NCBI RefSeq assembly: GCF_001194135.2
Contig: NC_068994.1
Span: forward strand, 42,698,032-42,762,031
Reading direction: 5' to 3'
From: Octopus bimaculoides
Taxonomy: Eukaryota
Length of the DNA stretch: 64,000 bases
This document shows positions 14,058-27,587 of this stretch, piece by piece; the stretch's first letter is position 1, and every line of letters begins with the position of its first letter. A program made the translations under genes and the position numbers. A model generated the notes under the pieces. That model made no database searches. It saw only the letters and a program-made list of their open reading frames with translations, and was not told where the DNA came from.

Positions 14058-14231
14058 TATTCACATGACATCCCTTTACATACACACTCATACTCACAGA
14101 GCTGAAATGCTGTTTGATTTTTTTTTTCACCGTAGAACTTCCATCATCCCACTACCAAGTTTGCCATCACCCCTTCCTTTCACATTCAAATATTGTGACG
14201 GAGAAAAACACAAGAGTATTATTATAGTAGA

Positions 14232-14458
14232 TGATTATTACAGTGAACTGGAAAAATCATTAGCTCAATGGACAGAGTGATTAGCAATATTTCATTTGTC
14301 TTTATGTTCTGAGTTCATATTCCACCAAGGTCAACTTTGCTTTTCATCCTTTCAAGGGTAATGAAATTAGTACCAGTTGAGCACTGAGGGTTGATGTAAT
14401 CAACTTTACCCCATCCCCAGAATTGATGGCCATGTCCCAAAATTTAAAATCAATATAT
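14232..14458 (+). mobile_element. SINE family B
   Basis: GTTCTGAGTTCA...GGTCAACTTTGCTTTTCATCCTTTC...AGTACCAGTTGAGCACTG...CCAAAATTTAAAATCAATA. CpG-depleted copy. Confidence 0.8.
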
Positions 14459-14909
14459 TGTTTCTTTTCTTCATAAGCAGATATATTCTTTGTATCCTCA
14501 GCAGTTAAGAGGACAGATACATGGTCCCTAATATTTCTTGAGGAAGTCAAGGGTAGTTGAGTAATATAAATTTTCAGTGGGACAAAATATATTTATCAAA
14601 TGTAACATATAGAATTTCCATGTAGATATTTATCAATGACATCTCTATTTCAGTACATTTATTATCATATATATATATATACATATGTACACACATATAT
14701 ACACATAAGCACTCACACACACACACATATATATACATGTATATGCATATACACATAGACACACATAATTATGTATGTGTGTGTATGTGTGTATATATAC
14801 ATACATACTATAAATGACAACATGGTGATGTGGACATGAAATTTATGACGAAGACAATGATACGTACATATTCATTCATATACACATTTCTACACAGTTC
14901 ATAAATCTT

Positions 14910-14943
<34 letters not shown>

Positions 14944-15557
14944 CATATATACGCACACATGCATATATATATATATATATACATACACATATATTTATAA
15001 ATATATATGCACATGCAGATATATATCTATATGAATGGAGGAACAAATATACTTTCTGTCAGACATATTTAATTAAAAACATGACATTCTCCCTTTTTTC
15101 CATACTTTATATTCATTTATTTGTTATTAGTAGTTTGTATTACAAGTTTCTGTAACTTCAATAAATTCTCAAAGTCAGCTGACCCTACCACCAGGATGTC
15201 TTTCCTATTTTTGTCTCCCTGTCTAGCTTTGTTTGTTTGTTTGTTTCTTTCTTTCTTTCTTTCTTGGTTCCTATCTATCATCATTTGTGCAAGTGTGCAT
15301 GCACATGTGTGTGTGTGTGTGTGTAATAGAGTGTGTACATGTGTGTGTATGTGTGTGTGTGTATGTAAGCATGTGTAAGTGCAAGTGCTTGTGTGTTTAT
15401 GCATTTGTTATCTTGGATCATGGATCTCAGTTATTAATCATTGGTGTAACAAGAGCTACAAAAGCTTTCTGATCTATTCTTAGCAGACCTGTGATCAAAG
15501 ATGTTACAGCCATGACCATCCCCTCAACATTTTCTTTTATATTTTCCATCAATCATA

Positions 15558-15890
15558 GGTGCAAACATGGCTGTGTGGTAAGAAGTTTGCTTCCCAACCA
15601 GATGGTTCGAGGTTCAGTCCCACCTTGGCCTTGTGAGTGGATTTGGTAGATGGAAACTGAAGGAAGACCATCATGTTTATATGTATGTCGGTGTGAGTTT
15701 TTTGTGTCTGTCTTTATCCCTGGTCATCTCTTGACAACCGGTATTGTTTTGTTTACATCCCCTCAAATGAGACTGATGGAATAAGCACCAGTCTTAAAAA
15801 TAAAATTAGTTCCTCAGGTGATTCATTCAACTAAAGATTCTTCAAAATGGTGCCCCAGCAAGGCCTCAGTTAAATGAATGAAACAAGTTA
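15558..15890 (+). mobile_element. SINE family A
   Basis: Head GGCTGTGTGGTAAGAAGTTTGCTTCCCAACC and tail GGTGCCCCAGCA...GAAACAAG. Confidence 0.75.
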
Positions 15891-16245
15891 TGCCCTTCAT
15901 TTTTTTAAAATAGTATCGTGTGATTGAATGGATATTTGGTTAATTTTTCTAGGACATCAAGGGACAGCATAGAGCTGGTATAATCAATTCATTTTCAAGA
16001 AACTGGCCACATGAGGCATGGCTCATCGTCCGATGGCCCACACCTTAATGCAATATTCACTTTTATACTCATTATGGTTCTAATTCCAGGTGATAAAAAC
16101 TTACTTTCACTTCAGCTTGTAAAATATGTTGGCCTGCACTTAACTTGTGTCCTTCATGCAAAAGTTATTCTTTGAAAACTTTCCGTTGTCATATATGTTA
16201 GTGAGCACACACGTGTGTGTGTGTGTGTGTGCGTGTGTGGATGTG

Positions 16246-16298
<53 letters not shown>

Positions 16299-16368
16299 GT
16301 TTGTATGTATACATGTATGTATGTATGTATGTATGTATGTCTGTATACATGTGTGTTTGTCTCTACGT

Positions 16369-16424
<56 letters not shown>

Positions 16425-17128
16425 ATATGTCTTGACTTGGTGATGTGGCACCATTGAATAAATGGTGCTATGTTTGGTTCATGACTTACCCAGGGAAATA
16501 TATATTTTGTCGCTTCATAAACTAATCATCAGAGTCCATGCTTCAGAGACTAGATATCTAAAACGATACTTTTGACATTAACTTAAATATTTTACCATAA
16601 TTTTAAAAAAAATTTGTCAATAAAAAAGTAAAGGTTGTCAGAATATTTTACTGTATCTAACAGTTAAAATAAAAGTTTCCCCCTTTATTTAGTTTGTTTA
16701 AATATATCTTAAACATTATTGAAGATTAGTTCTTTTAACGTCGGTTTTCATTTAGGCTTAAGGTTAAAAATACATATTTCACAATTCTTCAGCCACTGCT
16801 TTGTACAACATTAAGTCATTGCACACACGCACATGCACGCACACACACGCAAACACATGTGATTTAGGGAACTGCTCAGTTAGGGAGTACGTAATTACTT
16901 CCCTTACATAGTGCACTTGTTCATGCAGGTAGTTATATTCTTACTTTCACCCACATAATCAACTAGACCCCTCCTCCTCCTCCTCATCATCATCATCGTT
17001 ACTACCATCGCTAAAATCGTTATCTCACATTCACATCAATATTAGCATGCTAATAATCATCATCATCATGGTTAGTCTGATTGTTACTAATATATATATA
17101 TGAATGGATGTATGTACGTATATATATG

Positions 17129-17231
<103 letters not shown>

Positions 17232-17293
17232 CACATATACTTCTGTGTGTGTGTGCATGTATGTATGTATGTATGCATGCATATGATATGTAC

Positions 17294-17328
<35 letters not shown>

Positions 17329-18388
17329 CACGCATATATGTAGACAAACACACACGCACACACACACATATACATGCGTGCATTTATGTTTGTGTGAGTG
17401 TGTGTGTGCATGTGTGTGTGTATGCGTGTGTACATATTCCAAGTCTTGATCTGTATGACCACAAATTCAAAATAGGCACCATGAGTCTGAGATTTCATTG
17501 AATTCTGAAGATCAGTTAGCTTTTGTACACTACCAGTTTAGTTATGGCTTGAAATTATTAAAATAGTAATCTGCATATCATACTTAAAGCAGATATACCA
17601 TTGAAAGCTTTCAAAACTGCTGTCTGCTGATAAAGCTCAAAGAATCAGAAATACGTATTTAGAAATACTACAACCATTACTGGATCGCATTCATCTGCTA
17701 TTGATATATTTATTACTTTTTTTTCTTCATACTTTACATCTACAAGAGATGCCTTCTTGAGACAAAAACTACAGTTTAGAAGGCTTTCTACAGTGTCTAT
17801 GCTTTAAGTATGATATGTAGATTGCTATTTTAACTAATATGGCTTCCATCATTAATAACAAATTTAAATAGTTAACTTAAACTGTCATTGTAAGTTATTA
17901 ATTATGTATTAAATATTCAACCTCTACTAGATCTGTAGCATGTTACTGGCCAAACATTTTGCAACATATTAGACCTGTCCATGGATGTTGATGAATGTAA
18001 ACAAATTGTTTCTTTCTTCTTTCTGTAGACAAACAAATAAATCTGCCTGCTTTGCTTTAAATCTTGTTTGATTTTCCCCAGAAGAATACTATTCAATCAG
18101 CTGCTTTGAATCATATATATATTATATAATTTTTTTGATGAGCAGATCAAATGGTATTGTTTTGGATGAGAATCACGCAGGATTTGAAACCGGTAGTGAA
18201 GAGTCTCTTTTATATATACATGTGTGTGCGTTTTTGTGGTATGCAAGAGTTCTATAAACGCAAGTATTGCAAAGACAATCATTGTTTGCCCAATTCAAAA
18301 CCTATGACCAACTGCAGTATTCTTCATCACCAACTGCAATACAAAATATAAATGAAATACAATTGACACACTTGCCATATATTTCATG

Positions 18389-18433
<45 letters not shown>

Positions 18434-18804
18434 NNNNNNNNNNNNNNNNNNNNNNTATATATACATATATACATATATACACACACACATTTGCACACAC
18501 ACACGCACATTTGCAGGAATAATCTGGTTGTTATGAATGAAGCTTTCTTCAGCAGTAGGTGATTTTGATTTTGGTACTAATCTGCAACACCTTGATATAG
18601 CCACACTATTATGAGAGGGAGTAAGATGAATGTTTGAAAATGTTATGAATAATATGGTCTTGTTAGGCTAGACTCAAAATATGAAAGGTGTTGTCAATGA
18701 AATGAATGACAAAGATAAAGTTATTGTATTACTTTGCATAGGCAGTTTAATAATCTTATGAAATAGCACACAATTTCTGGAAGATACGAGAGAAAAGCTC
18801 TTAA

Positions 18805-19004
18805 TCCTTTTGTTACTATATTTCTGCTGACCCTACACTGATTTTGTTTCAATTAATTTGGAAAATAATGAAGAATTTAGTTTAATATCATTAAGCTTAA
18901 CATGAAATTTTGATGCATGGTTTTAATTTAGATCACAGGGAAACAGGAAAGTTTCAATTTAGATCACAGGACCTAGGGCAGTCCCATGTTTGGTAGCAAA
19001 AGAG
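18805..19004. mobile_element. TTAA-flanked MITE (piggyBac-type ends)
   Basis: TTAA at 18801-18804 and 19005-19008. Imperfect terminal inverted repeats TCCTTTTGTTAC / GTAGCAAAAGAG. Confidence 0.6.
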
Positions 19005-19547
19005 TTAAAGCAAGGGTAGAAGCAGATGAGAAGAGTTCCACTGGGATCTAATCAAACAGAAACAGAAGTGGGTTTCAAAAGGCATAATTTATCCTGCATT
19101 CAGCTGGGGTCTTAGACTAGACTGGTTAGAACACCCAAGGCACATTGGCTCTGGGGTACTTTAATTATCCAGGGGAGTATTAATGCCAACTGTAACACAT
19201 GATATGGCAGCAGAGGGATATCAAGGAGTCATGACCTGGATGTGGCCTGAATCCCTTAGTTAGTAAGATGTTAAGGGCTGAAACACTTGTATGAGGTGGC
19301 ATCTTCTCTGAAGACTGTCTGCTATTCAGCTCTCTCTGGGATAACTCCTCTTTTCAAGAGATGATTGAAAAGAAACCAGAGAGTCTGGTATTGTTATCGG
19401 CAAGTTATCTCAGTCTGCTAATAGGTGTTTGTGTATGTGTGTGGGTCTCTGTCTGTGTGTCTGTGTTTGTGTCTGTGCATGCATGCATGCATATGGTTAT
19501 CAGTATCTTCTTCGTTCCATCTCTTTTTGTCAAAGTATAATTTAAAG

Positions 19548-19690
19548 CAGTTCTATATTTAAGAGATGAGAAATTCTGTACATTATTTACATTATTTATA
19601 TTTGATGGATATTTGTCCTCATCTTGTTTGTTGTTAACACAACGTTTCGGCTGATATACCCTCCAGCCTTCTTCAGGTGTCTTCGGGAAA
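19548..19690 (-). mobile_element. Penelope-like pseudo-LTR fragment carrying a hammerhead motif
   Basis: Contains the hammerhead core followed by an AT-rich tail. The PLE link is inferred from the minimal-hammerhead architecture. Confidence 0.55.
19636..19681 (-). ncRNA. Minimal type I hammerhead ribozyme motif
   Basis: Minus strand reads GACAC-CUGAAGA-A-GGCUG(GAGGGUAUAU)CAGCC-GAAAC-GUU-GUGUU: stem I 5 bp, stem II 5 bp, intact core, and palindromic ACGU in place of stem III. Confidence 0.75.
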
Positions 19691-19882
19691 TGCTTAGCGG
19701 TATTTCGTCTGCCGCTACGTTCTGAGTTCAAATTCTTCCGAGGTCGACTTTGCCTTTCATCCTTTTGGGATCGATCAAATAAGTATCAGTTACGCACTGG
19801 GGTCGATGTAATCGAGTTAACCCCTTTGTCTGTCCTTATTTGTCCCCCCTGTGTTTAGCCCCTTGTGGGCAATAAAGAAATA
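19685..19882 (+). mobile_element. SINE family B, young copy lacking about 30 nt of its 5' end
   Basis: GAAATGCTTAGCGGTATTTCGTCTGCCGCTACGTTCTGAGTTCAAAT...GTCGACTTTGCCTTTCATCC...AATAAAGAAATA, with many CpGs intact. Confidence 0.85.
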
Positions 19883-20959
19883 ACATAAGCACAAACACAC
19901 ATTTGATGGGCTTCTTTCTGTCTCTATCAAATGCACTCATAAGACCTTGATCTTACAATCATGAGCTGCAAGCCCTAACCACTGAGCCACACATCCCCTC
20001 TTATCTTCTCATGTATCTTCTCATGGTATCCACCAAAAGAGCGTTAGACTGGAGCTGCTGATTATTAACTACCTGAATCAGAGACCCAACTTTGTACAGT
20101 AATAGAAACACGATATGTCTGTAGTATGGATTCTTTCACGAGATGGGTGACATCCTGTCAAGTCAGCCAACTGTGAATCTTAATTTGACATGAGAATAAT
20201 CTTGAGGCTATTTGTTGGAAACTAATACTGACTGATCACATGATTGTACATGACCTTAGTCGACCTTAAATTCAGGTTTGTTCTTCCTCTTAGAATATCA
20301 TAATCAACTAAGATAATTACAATTCTAATGCTTCCAACATATTGCTACTGTTGTTGTTGTTGTTGTTTAGCAGTTGTGGTCGTTGTTTTGCAGTTGTTGT
20401 TGTTGTTGCTGTCAATTGTGATTGAGCAGACTGATAATGAAATAGCATTAATGCCATGACCATCCTGTCTTACTAAGGATGATAGGACTATATTATCTAA
20501 TGAGCTATTCCTTTATTCAAGACAGCAAATATGCGACTAAGGCCAGGGGGAGGATGTGGCAGTTTGGCAGCTATTTCTAGCAGGTCGAACGACCACATAC
20601 AGAGGTTCCTTGTTGGCTTGTGTCTCATAAACTTTTTTTTGTTATTCAATAAAGGTTACAATTGCACCTGCTATACACTCTTCATCATTCTTGATAGCCA
20701 CATCATCTTTCTTTTGTGCATCCACCTTCTCACCTCTTCTTTTCTTCCTCCTCTTATGTTTTCTTTACTTTTTGTTCTCTTTCTTCTTCTCCTCCTCCTT
20801 CTTCTTCCTCTTCTTCATAATATCAGGTGTTTATGTCATCCACTATCTTTTTTGACAAACATGACATGAATTGGTTCGTTCTCAACAGCTTATAAAACAG
20901 CTAACGCTTCATCAACTCCCACAGCAAATATGAACACTTGCATCTCTACTACCAACAAT

Positions 20960-21720
20960 ACTACCACCACCACCACCAAAATCAACAACAATAACAACGA
21001 CAACACTATCACTACTACAGTAATCACAAAGACCATCATCACCACCAACACCACTGCTACCTCCACAACCTCCATCTAAAACACCACACCACCACCACAG
21101 CCACTACCATTAACGTCATCGTTATCATCACCACCTTCACCACCACCGCCATGATCATCACCACAACTACTGCCAACATAATCTCCACCAGAACCACCAA
21201 TACTACCACCACCACCACCACAACAACAACAGTAACAACAACAACAACAGTAACAACAACAACAACAACAACAACAGTAACAACAACAACAACAACAACA
21301 ATCACCAGCACTGCCACCGCCACATTTACAAAAATCCCTACCACCATTACAACCACCACCAACACCACCACCACTAACACCACCACCACCACCATTATTA
21401 CCATCACCACTACCACCAATTATCACCACCACCATAACCACCACCATTACCATCACCACCACCACCACAATAACATCAACAACAACCAACTACCACCACC
21501 AGTACAACCACCACCATCTCTGTTACTACCATTACTACCACCACCACCACCACCATCTTTACTGTCATTACCAGGTCTTCCTGACTTATTCGTTGTCATC
21601 ATGTACTTTTTCGATTTATCACTACCATTCTCACGTTTTTTTCTATTTTCTTTACATTGTCACATCTGCTACCATTATCACCACGACTTCCAATATAACT
21701 TCTACGAACAACAATAATGC
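20960..21720. repeat. Degenerate (ACC/AAC/ATC)n trinucleotide low-complexity tract
   Basis: Visible repeats, giving poly-T, poly-H and poly-V ORFs in several frames. Confidence 0.9.
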
Positions 21721-21914
21721 TACTACAATCCTGCTACTGTTTCTGTAACCAACAGCCTCACTGCTGCCCTTAACTGTACTCACTCCCTATCTGCTTATAT
21801 AATACCAAGTGTTGACTTGCCAACACTATCATCGTGTCCAGCCAGAATTCTATGTGGTCTTTCAATGAGCTACTAGAAATAGCACCAGATCTTCCTCAAG
21901 TCATAGCCTGAAAT

Positions 21915-22270
21915 ACTGATTTCAAATTTTGGCACAAGGCCAGCAATTTCATGAGTGGGGATAAGTCGATTACATTGATCTCAGATTTCAACTGGTACTT
22001 ATTTTATCGACCCTGAAAGGATGAAAGGCAATGTCAACCTCAGCGGAATTTGAACTTAGAACATAAAGAGAGACAAAACTCTTAGTAGCATTTTGTCATT
22101 TTGTCTAGCATGCTAGTGATTCTACCACCTCACCACCTTACCATTGCCTAAAATATTGGTTTCGAATTTTGGCACAAGGCTAGCAATTTCAGGGGTGCAA
22201 GACCAGCAATTTCAAAATGCTTAGCAGCATTTTGCCTGGCACGCTGGTGATTCTGCCACCTCACCACCTA
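21915..22270 (-). mobile_element. Two tandem SINE B copies (second internally deleted)
   Basis: Units begin TTTCAAATTTTGGCACAAGGC on the + strand at about 21915 and 22155. Confidence 0.75.
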
Positions 22271-24624
22271 ACCACAGCTTAAAATATTAAATAAAGACAG
22301 GATGCATCAGATAATAGAATAAGAATGGTTGTGTGATTAACAAGTTTGCTTCTCAGCTTCATTGCTTTAGGTTCAGTCCCAACGCATGGCACCTTGGGTG
22401 AGAGTAAGCTGCCTTTTGCTGTAGCCTCAGGTCATCCAAAGCCTTGTGAGTGGATTCGATGGACAGAAACTGAAAGAAGCCCATCATACATATAATCTTG
22501 TCCTATATTAGCAACTGTTTTTCCCTATTTGCTTATCCCAAGAAAGTATGAAAAATGGTTAATATTTCCTTCAAACTTTGTTTTTGTTACATTTATTCAA
22601 ATCCCAAAGAATCCCCCTTGACACATTGCCATGATGCTCCCCCACTACTCCTGCTCATGATCAGAGATGTACATATTGTCAGCCACTAAAGAACATACTC
22701 AAGTGGTTAAGGTTAAGCAACTGACAAGCAAATCTGTGGTATTGAGTAGAATATTTACTACAACGATATTTCTGCTTCAGCAGCTCAGCACTGAATCTGT
22801 CTGAAATATAATGGAAAATAGGTCAATTTCTAAACGTTGATGTCCAGATCACAAAAGCAGAGTTTGAAGGGAACAGTAGTCATTTCCTTTGATTTCTAGA
22901 TAGAATTAAATAGAAAATACCACTTACTGACCAGTGACAAAAACAAAAATTTTAATTTTGTTACACAATATAATCAGTGTTTCAATCACTACTTCACTGC
23001 AAGATCTCCCTCAAATTCCATTTTACTATCTTTAAAAAGAGATGGAAAATCATTGAATAATGTGTTCCTTGATATTTCTACAAGGTCAGGGTAGTTGAGG
23101 CTGAAATGTTTTTGATCCTAGGTCTACTCAATCAGGACTGATCTAGGGCTTTAACAAGAGAACAGCAGAAACTCTAACAAATATCAAATTCTTATAGAAA
23201 TATGTAAATGAAGAAATGGTAAGGTTTGATCTCAAGTTTCTCAGTGTCACAAAGGAAATGACAAAGAGCTGCAGCAAGTGAAGTGATGCCGTGTTGAAAC
23301 AAACCTATCCGTTCCATTCTAATATGGAAGAGCTAACATAAAAATGATAAAACTAAGATGGAAAGAAAACATGAAAAAATTTTGTTAACTTGGCTTCTTT
23401 TGATGAAGCTTTAAACCAATCTCATTTTGGGTAGGCAATTTTAAGAGAATACGGAGAAGGGTACTTTAGGACTACAACATTATTTCAGTTTTATTGTATT
23501 AAACAAATGAGGGGTTAAGTTTTCCTTGGTCAGGATCACAGTCTTTTTCTAAGCAACATTTCCAGAAGATATGGTATCTATTCTTATCAGCTGAATGAAA
23601 TGAATCGTATTAAATTAAATGTGATCTCTTTGCCAAACACACATTATCTGCCGTGAATTTTTGAAGTTAAGACATTCTAGTCCAATACCTTATCCACTCA
23701 GCCATAGAGGTTCTGGTATATTTTATTGGTTTTATTGATCCCAGAAGGATGAAAATCAAAGCCAAGTTTGGTGAGATTTCAGCTAGTTGCAGTAAAGCAG
23801 TCACTCAGCCATTCAAATTTCTTGGCCAACAACCTCACCATCCTGTCCTGCCTTTGAAAAATAAATAAATAAATAAAAATAAAGATAAAAATGGAAAGCA
23901 CCAAACCAAGTTCATAACTAGGATGTTCTAAATGTTTCAAGAAAAGAAATATTGTTGTGCTAAAATCCTATCCTCATGGGGTGGGTGTGAATATTTTTCA
24001 AATAATCTTTTTTGAAATATTTCAACAGTAAAATTAAACCAGTTCATTGCTGTAATATAATCTTTGTAATTTTACATAATCACATGAACATACTATCTTA
24101 AAAATTTAAATTTTAAAATCTTACATGATTCAGTAACAAGGAAATTCTTGATATCATTAACATAAAGTGGTGTACAGCCCAAATCATGTCATGAAAGATA
24201 GGCTGATAAGAGCTTCGTATTGCCATTAAGAAACCTGCTGGTTCAGGTTCAAGAATTCTCAAATCAATTTTTATTCCATTTATTCCCAGATTTATGTGTT
24301 TTTATTTTTTTTTTATTTTAATATATTCGTTTATTTAGTTATTCAAAATTTTCCATTGATAAAATTGAGATGTTTCCATAAACTAAGATTAGGACGAGAT
24401 GTCTGACATGTGATCTAAAATGATAATTTGAACTCAAATCAAAATTTAATGAAAATTCAAATATCAGTTTTTAGTGGAAATTTAATTCAAGTTTGAAATT
24501 TAATTGCAATTAAAGAAAAATGGATTTAATTTTTCCAATCTCCTTCTTTTTGTTTATCAAAGCATTCCCAAATGCACAAGGTTTCCCAAGAGATGGCAAC
24601 AATTACAAGGGAGATAATCATTGC

Positions 24625-24658
<34 letters not shown>

Positions 24659-24665
<7 letters not shown>

Positions 24666-25478
24666 TACATATGTGGGAAATTCTGTTTGTGGGTGTGTTT
24701 GTGGAGTTGTTAGTTAACTCATCCTACATCGTTTTATCAATTTTGATGAAACTTGACACATGAGTAGAACTCATGTCTAGAAACCTCATGGCATACTCAG
24801 ATTATTAAAAACAAATCGATAATATGGCCCCTGGAAGGGATTCTTATATATACCCAAGGGAAATAACCCACTCATTTTCCTAAATTGTTAAGTATAAATC
24901 AAACTGAGTATGCTTATTTCTTAGTATTTGAACTGTTACAGTTATTTTTGCAATATATCCAGTGCAACCCTTAAACAAGTAAATAGCATTTTCCTAAACA
25001 ATAGATCCACTTATTTCAGTTAGTGACTTATTCACAAATATACCAGCACTAGCGCTGCTGAGGGTAATATTCTCTGGGAACGCACAAAAACCTTTTTCAG
25101 AGCTATTTACTTTGAATTGTTATTATCTCGTATCTAATTAGCCTGTTATTATGTAACATGCTTCCCGATTTTAGTATACATACCTTATTAGTATTTCCTC
25201 CTAAGTTCTATATACTCTGGGAATGCATTAAAGCCCTTTCCGGGGCTACTATATTTGTACTCTTACTATTGGGTCACAATTTGGGTATTCATAACTTATT
25301 GAGATTTCCTAAAAACAAGATCCTGTGTAAGACAGTTCGGTATTCTCTGTAAATGCGCAAAAAACGTTTTAAGAGTTACATACTTTGTATGGTTGTTATT
25401 AAATTAGCGAAACAATTATGAGAATGGAACCATGGGATAAGCCCCGCTTTCCTGGGAGTCACCAGTTACATCAGCTAG
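24659..25478 (+). mobile_element. Non-autonomous Helitron-like element (DINE-1/HINE-type layout)
   Basis: 5' TATACTA...TGTTTGTGGGTGTGTTTGT...CAATTTTGATGAAACTTGACAC. 3' end has a weak GC hairpin, then CTAG|T at 25475-25479. Embedded in (TA)n on both sides. Confidence 0.6.
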
Positions 25479-25480
25479 TA

Positions 25481-25545
<65 letters not shown>

Positions 25546-25548
<3 letters not shown>

Positions 25549-25680
25549 CCAGCTGTAGAAACTCTGCCAAATCAGACTGGAGCCTGGTGTAGCCATCTGG
25601 TTCACCAGTCCTCAGTCAAATCGTCCAACCCTTGCTAGCATGGAAAGCGGACATTAAACAATGATGATGATGATGATGAT
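25546..25680 (+). mobile_element. 5'-truncated RTE LINE tail abutting (TA)n
   Basis: Matches 3467-3623. Confidence 0.85.
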
Positions 25681-26989
25681 ATATGAATGTTAAATTGAGG
25701 AATGGAATTAGCCGGAAAAAAGATGCGTACAGTTCGTATATCTAATTTTTTATTTACTTATTACTATGTACTTATAGTACCTAGTTAATCATACAATGCC
25801 TAGATAATCATGTATAGCACAATTTCATTCTTCGTAGAAATCATCAGCATAATTTAGCCCGTAACTTATAAAACATTCCATTTCAAAGCGAGACATTACA
25901 TTAATGTGACAACAATAATTGCAATCTGAAGGAACGTCATGGAATGTACTTTTATTTATTTATTTATTTATTTATTTCCTCCTTTTCTCCTTTTCTCTGC
26001 AGACTATAAATAGTACTGGAACTGAGGGGAAAAGAGAGAACATGCTTAGTGTTTACATGCAGAATAATTGCTGTTTCCAGGAGAATTCTACTTTGTGAAA
26101 ATGTTTTTTAATAGCTAATAGTTTTAATTTCAACTGAGGCTTCACAAACCCTTTTCTGATATAAACATTTTCAGTTTTATTAATTTGAAATTCTAAATCA
26201 ATAAAAAAAAAAAATGAAAAATGGAACAAAAAGAAAACCCAAGACTATACCTGTACAGTCATGGGATTAAGAAATTCCCTTCTTGACCTTGTAGTTCTAG
26301 ATATAATCTTACAGTATGGTCCCTTGCTCAAATGTATTATTTTACTATATAACCACAGTTTGATTAATTCTTTATGTATGCAAATTTATGGTGGTGGTGG
26401 TGGTGGTGGTGGGGAAGATGATGATGATGATGTGTATATGTGCGTGTATGCATATAGATATATATATATACATATGTACAATCACATACACACATATATA
26501 TACATATACATACATATATATATATATATATACATACACACATACATACATATATATATATATGCATATACATGATTATATACACACCTATATTTGTGGC
26601 AGAAGGGCATGTGTTTGTCTGTGTATGTCTACGTGTGCACGCATACATACTTACATAGATACCTCCATACAAATGCATTCGTACTTAAGAAGCAGATCTG
26701 TGAATATTTTGACACATACATATAAGTGTTATATCTGTACTAATTCATAAGAATACACAAACATGATGTAGTTATTTTAGAGTTATATCAAAACTTTCAA
26801 TAGCATGGCATGAATGAAATAAATTATGATACCTGACTAGTGGATGATATCCCTGCAGAATATAAATTCAATGGACAAGGATTAGAGTTCAAACATTAGT
26901 GTGTCCATTTTAATGATATACTGTCAACAGCTGAGATAATAGTGAAGAATACACGTCTAATGCACTGTTGGCTACAAACATGCAAATTA

Positions 26990-27200
26990 TAATAGACTTG
27001 CACAATATGATGAATGCAGAGGAAGGGAGCAGCAGTGTAATATGTAAATCCAGTGGTGAACAGCTTGAGTTCTTACATGAAAGATCCTTGGCATCAATAA
27101 TATAGCTTATTAGAATTGTAGAGGAAAGGAAGAAGAGTTGATGCTGTGACACTCATAACATTCCCAGAAGTATTTGCAGCATGAGAGAAGTGGAAAGAAA
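26990..27200 (+). mobile_element. Possible highly decayed non-LTR reverse transcriptase fragment
   Basis: SGEQLEFLHERSLASII*LIRIVEERKKS loosely resembles the RT motif EQxGFxxGRSTxxxIxxLRxIxE. In-frame stops present. Confidence 0.3.
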
Positions 27201-27587
27201 TGAGTAGGAAAATCAAAACAATACAATGGATTTCCATTCCATTGGGATTCAGAAAGTAATGTACAGTGTTAGTCAGAAAAGATGAGATTTTTAATTTCAT
27301 TACAGGCTTCAGATTTATTCTTTGATTCTTTTATGGGCTTCAGTCATTTGACTGTGGCAATATTGGGGGCTCTATGCTCAAGGGTTTAAGTCAATTATAT
27401 CGAACCCAGAGTACTTATATAGTTAGACTTCTGTATATCAAATGGGTGTGTTTAACCAGTTAGGCATAAAATGTTGCAAGTGAATGCTTTGATAAACACT
27501 GGAAGACACAAATAAACATACACACATGCACATGTATGCATGCACACACACGTTTGTATATACACACGCACATCCATATGCAATAGG

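Noticed and set aside
18302-18604. Minus ORF with ISRCCRLVPKSKSPTAEESF, suggestive of a receptor tail
   Set aside because: No supporting upstream frame or splice acceptor, and it runs into (TG)n and a gap.
21151-21717. Mucin-like Thr/His/Pro-rich ORF (188 aa)
   Set aside because: Degenerate trinucleotide repeat open on both strands, with no splice or domain context.
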